Origin: a bacterium
GTDB taxonomy: Bacteria > Sysuimicrobiota > Sysuimicrobiia > Sysuimicrobiales > Humicultoraceae
Direction of reading: 5' to 3'
Length of the DNA: 61,686 bases
NCBI GenBank assembly: GCA_030018905.1
Contig: JASEHJ010000001.1
Coordinates: 1-61,686, forward strand
The notes beneath the pieces were generated by a model. The model ran no database searches. It had not been told where the DNA came from and was given only the letters and a program-made list of their open reading frames with translations. Each line of letters opens with the position of its first letter. Position 1 is the stretch's first letter. Position numbers and translations under genes: made by a program. Below are positions 1-8,341 of the stretch, piece after piece.

Positions 1-714
1 GGCGAGGCCGCCCGCGCCTTCGTCACCGTCCGTCCACCCGGTCACCATGCCCTGCCGGAGCGGGGGATGGGGTTCTGCCTGCTCAACAACGCCGCGGTGG
101 CCGCTGCCGCAGCGCGGCGCTCGGGCAGGAAGCGTGTTATGATTATTGACTGGGATGTACATCACGGCAACGGAACGCAAGCCGTCTTCTGGCGCGATCC
201 AGGGGTGCTGTTCGTATCCCTGCACCAGGAGTACTGGTACCCAGGCACCGGCGTTCTCCAAGACGTCGGTGAGGGCCCTGGGGAGGGGTTTACCCTGAAC
301 CTGCCGCTTCCGGCCGAGACAGGGGACGGTGGGTACGAGGAAGCTCTTACGGAAGTGGTGCTCCCGCTTGCCTCGGTCTACAGCCCGGACTTCCTGATTG
401 TTTCGGCAGGGTACGATGCCCATTTCTCCGATCCGCTGGGAGGCATGGTCCTGACCGCCCGGGGGTTCGGTCGGCTGGCACGGCTGCTCGAGGAAGCGGC
501 CCGCGCGTCCGGGGCGCCGCTGCTTGTAACGCTGGAGGGCGGCTACGATCTGGCGGCGCTGGGAGCTTCCTGCGTGGCGACGCTGGAAGCGCTGGTCGGT
601 CGCGCGGCCTGGGGTATTCCAGACGAGGAGCCGCCGCCGGAAATCTCGTCCGCGGCGATAAACCCGCGGCTGCGCGCGGCGCGGCGTCAGCTACTGAACT
701 ACTGGCGGATCTAG
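1..714 (+). CDS. Histone deacetylase / AcuC-like family protein, 5'-truncated by window edge
   Basis: Frame 1 is open from nt 1 (GEAARAFVTVRPPGHHA...), so the track Met at 67 is internal. RPPGHHA and DWDVHHGNGTQ are HDAC/arginase-fold zinc-site signatures. Stop at 712-714. Confidence 0.85.
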   Translation, partial: GEAARAFVTVRPPGHHALPERGMGFCLLNNAAVAAAAARRSGRKRVMIIDWDVHHGNGTQAVFWRDPGVLFVSLHQEYWYPGTGVLQDVGEGPGEGFTLNLPLPAETGDGGYEEALTEVVLPLASVYSPDFLIVSAGYDAHFSDPLGGMVLTARGFGRLARLLEEAARASGAPLLVTLEGGYDLAALGASCVATLEALVGRAAWGIPDEEPPPEISSAAINPRLRAARRQLLNYWRI

Positions 715-802
715 AGCGGGAGGAAACCCCGCTGTTGCGGCGAAAACAGCTAGGTCTGCCCGGAGGAATCACTGGTCCGGGACGGAGCATGCGTGAGAGG
801 GC

Positions 803-2116
803 GTGGAGGGCATGAGCGAAGAGGTAATGGTATTCGGCGATCAGGCTCCTGGGAGCGAAGACTTGAATCTAGGGGACGCGGTACCGAGGCTCCAGGAGCG
901 GCAGATCGTCAAAGGAACGGTCGTGCGCATTGATACCGAGGGCATCCTGGTGGACGTGGGCGCCAAGTCCGAGGGGCTGATTCCACCGAAGGAGATGACC
1001 CGTCGCGGTGAAGAGGTGGACGCGGTATCGGTGGGCGACCAGATCAACGTTATGGTGATGCGCATGGAGGGCGAGGAAGGCAACATCATCCTCAGCAAGA
1101 AGCGGGCCGACTTCATTCATGCTTGGGATCGGATAGCCCAGATGAAGGAGTCGGGCGCAATCCTGCACGCGATGGTCGTTGACAAGGTCAAGGGCGGTCT
1201 CGTGGTAGATCTGGGCGTGCGCGGGTTCGTGCCCGGCTCGCATGTGGAGCTCTCCCAGGCGAAGGGCCGGCGCTTCGAGTGGTTTGTGGGCCAGTCCATA
1301 CCGCTTCGGGTGATCGAGGTGGACCGCGGCAAAGGCCGGGTGATCCTGTCTCACCGGCTGGCCGTGGAGGAAGACCGCAAGTCCCGGCGCGAGGAGGTAC
1401 TGGGCAGCCTGGTGGAAGGGGCAATCGTCGAGGGCACGGTGAAGCGCATCACCGACTTCGGCGCGTTCGTGGACCTCGGCGGCGTGGACGGCCTGCTGCC
1501 CATCAGCGAGATGGCCTGGACCTACATCCGGCATCCCTCCGAGGCGGTCCGCCGCAACCAGCACCTGCGGGTGCAGGTGCTGCGGGTGGACAAGGAGAGC
1601 GGTAAGATCTCCCTGGGCCTCAAGCAGATCCTGGACGACCCATGGGCCGAGGTATCCGAGCGGCATCGCGCAGGCGAGGTCGTAAAGGGCAAGGTCGTGC
1701 GCGTCGTGCCGTCCGGGGCGTTCGTGCGTCTCCGCGACCTCGACGCGTTCCTCCCTATCGCTGAGATGGCGGAGCGACGCGTCGGCAAGGTGGAGGACGT
1801 GGTTGAGGTCGGCCAGGTGATCGAGGCAATGATCACCGAGATACGGCCCGAGGAGCGCCGGATGCTGCTCAGCCTTCGACGTATGGCCAGGGAGGCCGAG
1901 CGCAAGCGCGTGAAGGACTACATGCGGGCGCAGGAAGATGAAGGGCGGATCACCATCGGGGATGCGGTTGGTGACGCCATGGGCGCCCTGCTCCGACAAG
2001 CGGCGGAAGCCAGGGCAGAGCAGCCCGAGCCCGAAGCATCCTCGGTCGAGGAAACCGGTCCGGCCGAGTCCGCGGTGGAGTCCGAGCAGGCGGTGGAGTC
2101 CGAGCAGAAGGAGTGA
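803..2116 (+). CDS. rpsA: 30S ribosomal protein S1 (four S1/OB repeats, acidic C-terminal tail)
   Basis: Four repeats of the S1 pattern (VKGTVVRIDTEGILVDVG..., LHAMVVDKVKGGLVVDLG..., VEGTVKRITDFGAFVDLG..., VKGKVVRVVPSGAFVRL...). GTG at 803; ATG at 812 is an alternative start. Confidence 0.85.
   Translation: MEGMSEEVMVFGDQAPGSEDLNLGDAVPRLQERQIVKGTVVRIDTEGILVDVGAKSEGLIPPKEMTRRGEEVDAVSVGDQINVMVMRMEGEEGNIILSKKRADFIHAWDRIAQMKESGAILHAMVVDKVKGGLVVDLGVRGFVPGSHVELSQAKGRRFEWFVGQSIPLRVIEVDRGKGRVILSHRLAVEEDRKSRREEVLGSLVEGAIVEGTVKRITDFGAFVDLGGVDGLLPISEMAWTYIRHPSEAVRRNQHLRVQVLRVDKESGKISLGLKQILDDPWAEVSERHRAGEVVKGKVVRVVPSGAFVRLRDLDAFLPIAEMAERRVGKVEDVVEVGQVIEAMITEIRPEERRMLLSLRRMAREAERKRVKDYMRAQEDEGRITIGDAVGDAMGALLRQAAEARAEQPEPEASSVEETGPAESAVESEQAVESEQKE
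2072..2107 (+). repeat. Perfect 18-nt tandem duplication (gcggtggagtccgagcag x2) inside the rpsA 3' end
   Basis: Read directly at 2072-2089 and 2090-2107. It encodes AVESEQ-AVESEQ in the S1 tail. Confidence 0.9.
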
Positions 2117-2120
2117 TGGC

Positions 2121-2149
2121 TTGCCCGCCGGCGCTCCCTTGACTACAAT
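2121..2149 (+). promoter_or_regulatory. Candidate sigma-70-type promoter for tRNA-Pro
   Basis: TTGCCC (2121-2126), 17-nt spacer, TACAAT (2144-2149). The mature tRNA 5' end lies 10 nt downstream. Confidence 0.5.
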
Positions 2150-2158
2150 GGAGCGCAG

Positions 2159-2236
2159 CGGGGAGTGGCGCAGCTTGGTTAGCGCGCAGCGTTCGGGACG
2201 CTGAGGCCGGGGGTTCAAATCCCCCCTCCCCGACCA
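2159..2236 (+). tRNA. tRNA-Pro (anticodon CGG), CCA encoded
   Basis: Hand-folded cloverleaf: acceptor CGGGGAG/CTCCCCG, D stem GCGC/GCGC, anticodon stem CAGCG/CGCTG with loop TTCGGGA (CGG at 2194-2196), T arm GGGGG-TTCAAAT-CCCCC, discriminator A, then CCA. The C1-G72 pair is typical of bacterial tRNA-Pro. Confidence 0.9.
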
Positions 2237-2334
2237 GACAACCGAGGACCGTGGATGCGCGGGGCGGCGCACGAGCGCTGCCCCTTCGCGTTGGCGGTGC
2301 TGCGGACGGCCGGTATGGACCGAAGGAGAACGAT

Positions 2335-3603
2335 GTGACGTCGCGAACGATAGATAGATTGGCCGGCCCCGGCGTCCGGCGTGCTCGCGACGAGCGGAGG
2401 TGGAACATCGAGCGGATGCCCTACGGGGGCGATGCCGTGCGCGTGGGGGTCTTTTCCGATTCGTACCTCCCGCGGATCAGCGGGGTCGTACGCTCGATCG
2501 AGGCCCTAGTGGCAGAGCTCCGGCGCCAAGGACACCAGGCCGCGATCTTCGCGCCCGCGTATCCCGGCTACAGGGATGCCGACCCCGACGTAGTTCGGTT
2601 CCCTTCGGTCCGCGCGCCCGGGGTCCCTGACTTTCCGCTGGCCATCCCGGTGGCCCGGCGTTTCACAGCCGGACTGCGGGCCCGGAATCTCTCCGTGATC
2701 CACACCCACTCGCCGTTCCTCATGGGGACCGCGGGCCTCTACGCGGCCCGCCGCCTGGGGTTGCCGCTGGTCTTCACGCATCACACGATGTACTCGGAGT
2801 ACGTGCACTATGTCCCGATCGTGTCCCAGCGGTTCTCCCGCGAGGTGGTTACGCGGTACACGATAAGGTACTGCAACCGCTGCTCGCTGGTTGTCGCGCC
2901 CTCCCATGCGGTGCGGAACTGGCTGCTGGCCCGCGGCGTAACCGCTCGGGTCGAGGTTCTCGCGACCGCGGGGTTCGACCTGGATCGGTTCGATCGTCTG
3001 GACCCGCACTGGGTCAGGCCCCGGCTTGGGATCCCTTCGGGCGCGCCCCTGGTTATCACGGTCGGTCGCCTGGCGCGAGAGAAGCGCTTTGACGTGCTGC
3101 TGGCCGCCTTTGCCATGGCTGCCCTGGGGACGCCGGCCCGCCTGCTAGTCGTGGGCGGCGGCCCTGAGGCCGCGGCTCTCCGGCGCGTCGCCGCGGAGCG
3201 GGGCATAACCGGGCAGGTGATCTTCACCGGCCCGCTCGATCACGATCGGGTCCTCGACTGCTACGCGGCCGCTGACCTGTTTGCTTTCTCGTCGCCCACG
3301 GAGACGCAGGGGCTCGTCGTGGTGGAGGCGATGGCGGCCGGCCTGCCGGTGGCCGCGGTGGGCGCAGGAGGGGTGTCCGAGGTTGTCAGCGACGGGCTGA
3401 CCGGACTTCTAACCGGCCTGGACGCCGAGGCGCTGGGCACCGCGATTCGCCGGCTCCTCGGTGACGAGGCGCTGCGGAGCCGCCTGGCCGCTGCCGGTCG
3501 CACCGCGGCCCGGGCCTACGCCATCAAGAGCCTCACCGAGCGTTTGGTTGGACTGTATCGTCAGGCAGCAAAGGTTACACCTGTCGTCGCAGCGCCCGAT
3601 TAG
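2335..3603 (+). CDS. Glycosyltransferase family 4 (GT-B, group 1)
   Basis: N-terminal VGVFSDSYLPRISGV and C-terminal FSSPTETQGLVVVEAMAAGLPV (E-x7-E type) motifs. AAGGAG at 2323-2328 is followed by GTG at 2335. The track start 2251 and ATG 2416 are alternatives. Confidence 0.75.
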   Translation: MTSRTIDRLAGPGVRRARDERRWNIERMPYGGDAVRVGVFSDSYLPRISGVVRSIEALVAELRRQGHQAAIFAPAYPGYRDADPDVVRFPSVRAPGVPDFPLAIPVARRFTAGLRARNLSVIHTHSPFLMGTAGLYAARRLGLPLVFTHHTMYSEYVHYVPIVSQRFSREVVTRYTIRYCNRCSLVVAPSHAVRNWLLARGVTARVEVLATAGFDLDRFDRLDPHWVRPRLGIPSGAPLVITVGRLAREKRFDVLLAAFAMAALGTPARLLVVGGGPEAAALRRVAAERGITGQVIFTGPLDHDRVLDCYAAADLFAFSSPTETQGLVVVEAMAAGLPVAAVGAGGVSEVVSDGLTGLLTGLDAEALGTAIRRLLGDEALRSRLAAAGRTAARAYAIKSLTERLVGLYRQAAKVTPVVAAPD

Positions 3604-3678
3604 ACTCTCGCCGCCCATGGCGGCGGTCGGACAACGGGCGGGCCGCGCAGGCGGCCCGAGTCGAGGAGGAGACGGAGC

Positions 3679-6600
3679 GTGCAGCTTCGGAGGCTGGAGC
3701 TTGTAGGATTCAAGACGTTCGTGGACCGCACGGAACTCGAGTTCCATCCCGGAATAACCGCGATAGTAGGCCCCAACGGGAGCGGCAAGAGCAACCTCAT
3801 GGACGGCATCCGCTGGGCGCTGGGCGAGACCAACGCCCGCCTGCTGCGGGGTTCCCGGATGGATGACATCATCTTCGCCGGCACCGCCTCCCGCCGGCCT
3901 CACAGCCTGGCCAGGGTCTCACTCACCCTGGAAAACGGCGCCGGCGATCTCCCTCTGGAGTTCAGCGAGGTTACCGTGTCGCGCGCCGTGACGCGGGGAG
4001 GCGAGGGAGAGTACGCCATTAACGGTTTGGACTGCCGCCTGCGCGACATCCAAATGCTGTTCCTGGGCACCGGGCTGGGTGGCCGTTCGTACGCGCTGAT
4101 AGGACAGGGCGAGGTGGACGCGGTTCTGCGCGCCACGCCGCTCGAGCGCCGGCAGTGGCTGGAGGAGGCCGCAGGTCTCGCAAGGCAGAAGCGGCAGCGC
4201 ACCGAGGCCGAGCGCCGGCTGGGACACGCTCAGGCACATCTTGACCGGGCCGGCGATCTGCTTTCCGAGCTCGAGGCGCACCAGCAGGCGCTGGCGGCGC
4301 AGGCCGAGGCCGCGGCTCTACACCGCAGTCACAGCGAGGAGCTGCGCGATCTGGAACTGGCGCTGTACGCGGACGAGGCGCGCCGCCTGTTGGGCGCCGC
4401 GCGCCGTCTTGCCTCCCAGATGGTGGGCGAGCGGCAAGAGGCAGCGGGCGCCGCGGCGCGGGCCGACGCCGCATCAACTGCCGTGGCAGAGGTCGAGGCG
4501 CAGGTTGCCGCCTTGACCGCCCAGTGGGAGGATGGTCAGCAGGCGCTACTTGGCGGTGCCGAGGAGCTCGCGGTTCGTGCAGCCGAGGTTCAGCAGGCAG
4601 AGCGCCGGCTCGACGCTCAGCGCACGCACCACCAGCACTTGATGGACGAGGCCGGCCGCCTGTTGGAAGAGCGGGCGCGCGTGGCGGCAGACGCAGAGGT
4701 GCTGCGTCTGGAGGCCGCCGTGGTCGAGGATCAGCGTGAGGCGCTGCGGCGCGAGCTGGCGGATGCAACTGTCGGCTTCTCCGATGCCTCGGCCGCGGCA
4801 GAGGCATCGGAGTCCCGGCTATCCCTGGCACGCCCCGATGCAGTAGGCGTTGCGCGGACACTGGCACAGGCGCGCAGCGATCTGGCGGCGCTCTGCGCGC
4901 GGGCCGAGGTACTGGGCCAGTCGGTTGCTGCCACCGAGGAGAGGGCGGCAGCACTTCGTGAGGCCGCGGCGCGGATCTCGAGTGCCCTCGAATCCGCGCG
5001 AAGGGCCCGCGACGAGGCTCGAAGGACCCTAGAGCAGGCGGAGGATGCTCTGGCATCCGCCACGCGGACGGCCGACGAGTGCCGTCGCGGCCTCGATGCT
5101 TCTGCGGAGCGGCAGCGGGCCGCTGAACTGGAAGAACACGGGCTTCAATCCCGCCTGGCCTCCATGGAAGAGGCACACGCTCAGTTTGTCGGCTTCGAGG
5201 AGGGCGCGCGTGGGGTGCTGCTGGCTGCCCGCGCCGATCCCGCCCGGTTCCCGGAGCTGTGCGGCGCGTTGGCCGACCAGATAGAGGTATCGGATAAGTA
5301 CCAGCCCGCCCTTGCCGCGGCCCTGGGGAGAAGGCTCCACTGCCTGGTCGTGGACAGCAGGGCGGCCATCCAGGCAATTAGCAGCTTCCTTGAAGCAGAG
5401 GGGATTGGAGGAGCCGCGGTCCTGGCCCTGGACGCGGTTCGCGCCAGGCACCCCTCGGCACCCCTCCCCGCGGACGGCGCCTATGTGCGCGCGGCCGACG
5501 TGGTGATCTCCGACGCGGCGATCAGGCCTGCGGTAGATGCCTTGCTGGGCGACGTGGCGATTGTGGCCGATCTGGATTGCGCGTGGGGGCTCTTCGCATC
5601 GGGCTTCTCGGGCCGAATTGTCACCCAGGACGGCACGTTGCTCTCCCCCGACGGCGTGCTGTGGCTGCGCGGGCGGCGTGGTCGCGACCTTATGCCGTTG
5701 GGACGCAACCAGGCGCTGGCCGCGCTGCGGTCCGACGCATCAAGGGCTTCATCCCGCAGGGAGACGGCCCAGATGCAGCGTCTGGCCGCCGCCGAGCAGG
5801 CGGCGGCCACCGAGGCCGCGCTTTCCGCACGTAGGGCCGAACGAGGCGCAGCGGCAGCAGCCCTGACCGAGTGCTCCCAGCGTCTGGCTCAACAGGAAGC
5901 CGAGGCCGCCCGCATCGCCGTGGACGAGGCTGCGCTGGCGGCAGAGGTGGCATCACGCGGCCTGGAGCTTCACATAAGGCGAGCAGAGGTGGACCGCCTC
6001 GCAGCCGATGTGCGGCGCCTCGAGGACGAGGCCGGGTATATGGAGACCCGCCTGGTGGAACTCGAACAGGAGGCCAGGCGGCTGGGTGGTGCTCGGGAAG
6101 CATTGGCACAGGAGGTGGCCGCGCGTCAGGTCGCCCTGGCACAGGTGGACGGAAACCTGGAGGCCCTGCGCGGGCGGCTGCGCGACCGCACCGCCGCCAT
6201 CGAGGAGCTTGAGGCACGCCGTGCCGGATTAGCCCGTGACGCGGAAAGGATCTCCGCCGAACTGGATGCCGCCGCCGAGCACCGGCGTGAGGCGGTTGCC
6301 GCTCACGATGCGGTGCTCGCCGGACAGGCCGCCGGGAAGGCCAGGCTGGAGCGCCTGGCCGCCGAGCGGGCAGGATTGCGAGACCGCCTGGTGGTCCTAG
6401 GGGCGGAGCTCCACGCCGCGATCGAGGCTGCGCGGGCCAGAGAGGCGGCGCTGCATCGCGCCGAGCTGCGCAGCGCACAGGCGGACGCCGAACTGGCCGC
6501 GGCCGCGCAGCGCCTCAACGAGCAGTACGGCATCGCCCTGGAAGAGGCCGCCTCGCGCCGCCTTGAGGCCTCTCGCGACGAGGCCCGCCGCCATCTGGAC

Positions 6601-7311
6601 GAACTGCGGACCGCGCTGCGGGAGCTGGGGCCCGTGAACCTGCGCGCGATCGAGGAGCACGCCATCCTGACGGCACGCGTGGAGGCCTTGCGCGGCCGCA
6701 CCCATGATGTCCGCGCCGCCGCGGACGCGCTGAGGCACTCGATTGCGGTGATCAACGCGGCGCTGCGCGTGCGGTTCGATCAAACTTTCGTGGAGGTTGA
6801 CCGGGAGTTCGGTCGGCTCTTCCAGCAGCTTTTCGAAGGGGGGCAGGGCTCCCTGGAGCTGGTCGAGGACGAGCTGGGCGCGGAGCCTGGGCTGGAGGTG
6901 ATCGCCCAGCTTCCCGGCAAGAAGCGCCGATCCCTGGTCGCGCTCTCGGGAGGGGAGCGGGTGCTCGTGGCCCTGGCGCTGATCTTTGCGATGCTGCGGG
7001 TGCACCCCAGCCCGTTCTGCATCTTCGACGAGGTGGAGGCAGCCCTCGACGACGAAAACACCCGCCGGTTCACCGGCCTGCTGCGAGACCTGGCCCAGCA
7101 GACCCAGGTGCTCATCATTACCCACAACAAGGGCACCATGGCCGCGGCCGACGTGCTTTACGGCGTGACGATGCAGGAGCTGGGTACCTCCTCGCTGGTC
7201 TCGTTGCGGCTGGTGCCGTCCCAGAACGGGGGCGAGCCCGAGCCGCGCGAGGAACTTGGTGTGAGAGAGCCCTCGCGGCAGCGCGAAGCGGTCGCCCTTC
7301 CGGGCGAGTAG
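3679..7311 (+). CDS. smc: Chromosome partition protein Smc
   Basis: 1210 aa. It has an N-terminal Walker A (GPNGSGKSN), long coiled coils, a hinge, and C-terminal LSGGE plus Walker B (FCIFDEVEAALD). It sits in the conserved position upstream of ftsY. Confidence 0.95.
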   Translation: MQLRRLELVGFKTFVDRTELEFHPGITAIVGPNGSGKSNLMDGIRWALGETNARLLRGSRMDDIIFAGTASRRPHSLARVSLTLENGAGDLPLEFSEVTVSRAVTRGGEGEYAINGLDCRLRDIQMLFLGTGLGGRSYALIGQGEVDAVLRATPLERRQWLEEAAGLARQKRQRTEAERRLGHAQAHLDRAGDLLSELEAHQQALAAQAEAAALHRSHSEELRDLELALYADEARRLLGAARRLASQMVGERQEAAGAAARADAASTAVAEVEAQVAALTAQWEDGQQALLGGAEELAVRAAEVQQAERRLDAQRTHHQHLMDEAGRLLEERARVAADAEVLRLEAAVVEDQREALRRELADATVGFSDASAAAEASESRLSLARPDAVGVARTLAQARSDLAALCARAEVLGQSVAATEERAAALREAAARISSALESARRARDEARRTLEQAEDALASATRTADECRRGLDASAERQRAAELEEHGLQSRLASMEEAHAQFVGFEEGARGVLLAARADPARFPELCGALADQIEVSDKYQPALAAALGRRLHCLVVDSRAAIQAISSFLEAEGIGGAAVLALDAVRARHPSAPLPADGAYVRAADVVISDAAIRPAVDALLGDVAIVADLDCAWGLFASGFSGRIVTQDGTLLSPDGVLWLRGRRGRDLMPLGRNQALAALRSDASRASSRRETAQMQRLAAAEQAAATEAALSARRAERGAAAAALTECSQRLAQQEAEAARIAVDEAALAAEVASRGLELHIRRAEVDRLAADVRRLEDEAGYMETRLVELEQEARRLGGAREALAQEVAARQVALAQVDGNLEALRGRLRDRTAAIEELEARRAGLARDAERISAELDAAAEHRREAVAAHDAVLAGQAAGKARLERLAAERAGLRDRLVVLGAELHAAIEAARAREAALHRAELRSAQADAELAAAAQRLNEQYGIALEEAASRRLEASRDEARRHLDELRTALRELGPVNLRAIEEHAILTARVEALRGRTHDVRAAADALRHSIAVINAALRVRFDQTFVEVDREFGRLFQQLFEGGQGSLELVEDELGAEPGLEVIAQLPGKKRRSLVALSGGERVLVALALIFAMLRVHPSPFCIFDEVEAALDDENTRRFTGLLRDLAQQTQVLIITHNKGTMAAADVLYGVTMQELGTSSLVSLRLVPSQNGGEPEPREELGVREPSRQREAVALPGE

Positions 7312-7317
7312 GCGAGC

Positions 7318-8226
7318 GTGTCGTCCGGATCCCCTGGCTGGTTTGCCCGGCTGCGCACTTCGCTCGGGCGCACGCGCGAGGCGATCTCCTCGCGCCTCGA
7401 TGCCCTGCTGTTGGCACCCCCCGACGACGCGTTCTTCGCCGGCCTGGAGGAGGTTCTCATTGCCTCCGACGTGGGCGCCGGGCTGAGTGCCGAGATCGTG
7501 GAGCGGCTGCGCCGTGACCCTGGGGCCCGCACGGCCGAGGCAGTTCGCGCCGCGCTGGGGACGATCCTGCGCGACCTGCTGGGCGCGCCTGGCTCGTTGA
7601 GTCTCGATCCGGCTCCGGCGGTGGTATTGGTTCTGGGCGTAAACGGTTCGGGCAAGACCACGACGATCGGCAAGCTCGCCTTCAGAATGCGCCAGGAAGG
7701 CCGCCGCGTGATGATGGCGGCGGCCGACACCTTCCGTGCCGCGGCGATTGAGCAGCTCGAGCTGTGGGGCGAACGGGCCGGTGCCCCGGTCATCCGGCAC
7801 CAGGCAGGAGCAGACCCGGCTGCCGTTGTCTTTGACGCCGCGCAGGCGGCGCAGGCGAGGGAAGCGGACGTGCTGATCGTGGACACCGCGGGCCGGTTGC
7901 ACACCAAGGTCAACCTCATGGAGGAGCTCAAGAAGATGGATCGGGTGCTGGCACGCGCGCTGCCGGGTTCACCGATCGAGCGCCTGCTGGTTCTGGACGC
8001 GGGCACGGGCCAGAACGGCCTGGCCCAGGCGCGCCGCTTCCACGAGGCGGTTGGCCTGACCGGTGTGGTTCTCGCCAAGCTCGACGGGACGGCGAAGGGC
8101 GGGATTGCCGTGGCCGTGACGCGTGACCTGGGGGTTCCGATCGCTTTCGTCGGCATCGGAGAAGGCCTGGATGACCTCGTGCCGTTCGATCCCGCCGCGT
8201 TTGTTGCCGCGCTTCTGACTGCGTAG
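7318..8226 (+). CDS. ftsY: Signal recognition particle receptor FtsY (short NG-only form)
   Basis: GVNGSGKTTTIGKLA, DTAGR and LAKLDGTAKGG SRP-GTPase motifs. GTG start 6 nt after the smc stop. Confidence 0.95.
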   Translation: MSSGSPGWFARLRTSLGRTREAISSRLDALLLAPPDDAFFAGLEEVLIASDVGAGLSAEIVERLRRDPGARTAEAVRAALGTILRDLLGAPGSLSLDPAPAVVLVLGVNGSGKTTTIGKLAFRMRQEGRRVMMAAADTFRAAAIEQLELWGERAGAPVIRHQAGADPAAVVFDAAQAAQAREADVLIVDTAGRLHTKVNLMEELKKMDRVLARALPGSPIERLLVLDAGTGQNGLAQARRFHEAVGLTGVVLAKLDGTAKGGIAVAVTRDLGVPIAFVGIGEGLDDLVPFDPAAFVAALLTA

Positions 8227-8269
8227 GCCCCTCTACGCGTAGGCCCCACCACACGTAGACCCCTCGGTC
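8222..8269 (+). repeat. Three phased 16-nt units with conserved core CGTAG(G/A)CCCC
   Basis: Cores start at 8222, 8238 and 8254, an exact 16-nt period. The array ends 1 nt before the -35 hexamer at 8271. The first two units also form the palindrome GCGTAG...CTACGC. Confidence 0.8.
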
Positions 8270-8270
8270 C

Positions 8271-8300
8271 TTGACGGCGCCCCCGCCCCTGCGCTATTGT
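8271..8300 (+). promoter_or_regulatory. Candidate promoter of the ylxM-ffh-rpsP... operon
   Basis: TTGACG (8271-8276), 18-nt spacer, TATTGT (8295-8300). Confidence 0.5.
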
Positions 8301-8307
8301 GAGGAGG

Positions 8308-8331
8308 CTGTCAAGGAGTTTGCCTTGACAG
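8308..8331 (+). promoter_or_regulatory. Perfect 9-bp hairpin in the ylxM 5' leader
   Basis: CTGTCAAGG (8308-8316), loop agtttg, CCTTGACAG (8323-8331). The 5' arm and loop contain AAGGAG. The ATG at 8342 has no good SD of its own. Confidence 0.6.
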
Positions 8332-8341
8332 ATCGAGCCAT

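Noticed and set aside
2159-2236. tRNA-Pro as an integration hotspot for the downstream GT4 gene
   Set aside because: No integrase is present, no direct repeat of the tRNA 3' end was seen downstream, and smc follows immediately.
3604-3678. GC-rich hairpins after the GT4 stop (CGCCGCC-cat-GGCGGCG and GGGCCGC...GCGGCCC) and after the HDAC gene (AGCGGG-aggaaa-CCCGCT at about 718-738) as intrinsic terminators
   Set aside because: The stems are short and no U-tract follows. In this GC-rich sequence such palindromes arise easily, so I cannot support terminator calls.
3679-7311. Smc as a possible defence-type SMC (Wadjet/Lamassu-like)
   Set aside because: It is a full-length canonical Smc in the conserved smc-ftsY-ffh context. 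No JetA/B/D-like or LmuA-type partner genes are adjacent.
8221-8269. Short phased repeats as a degenerate CRISPR array
   Set aside because: The units are 16 nt with no spacer-sized unique segments, there are only three copies, and no cas genes are present. It is reported instead as a promoter-proximal repeat.
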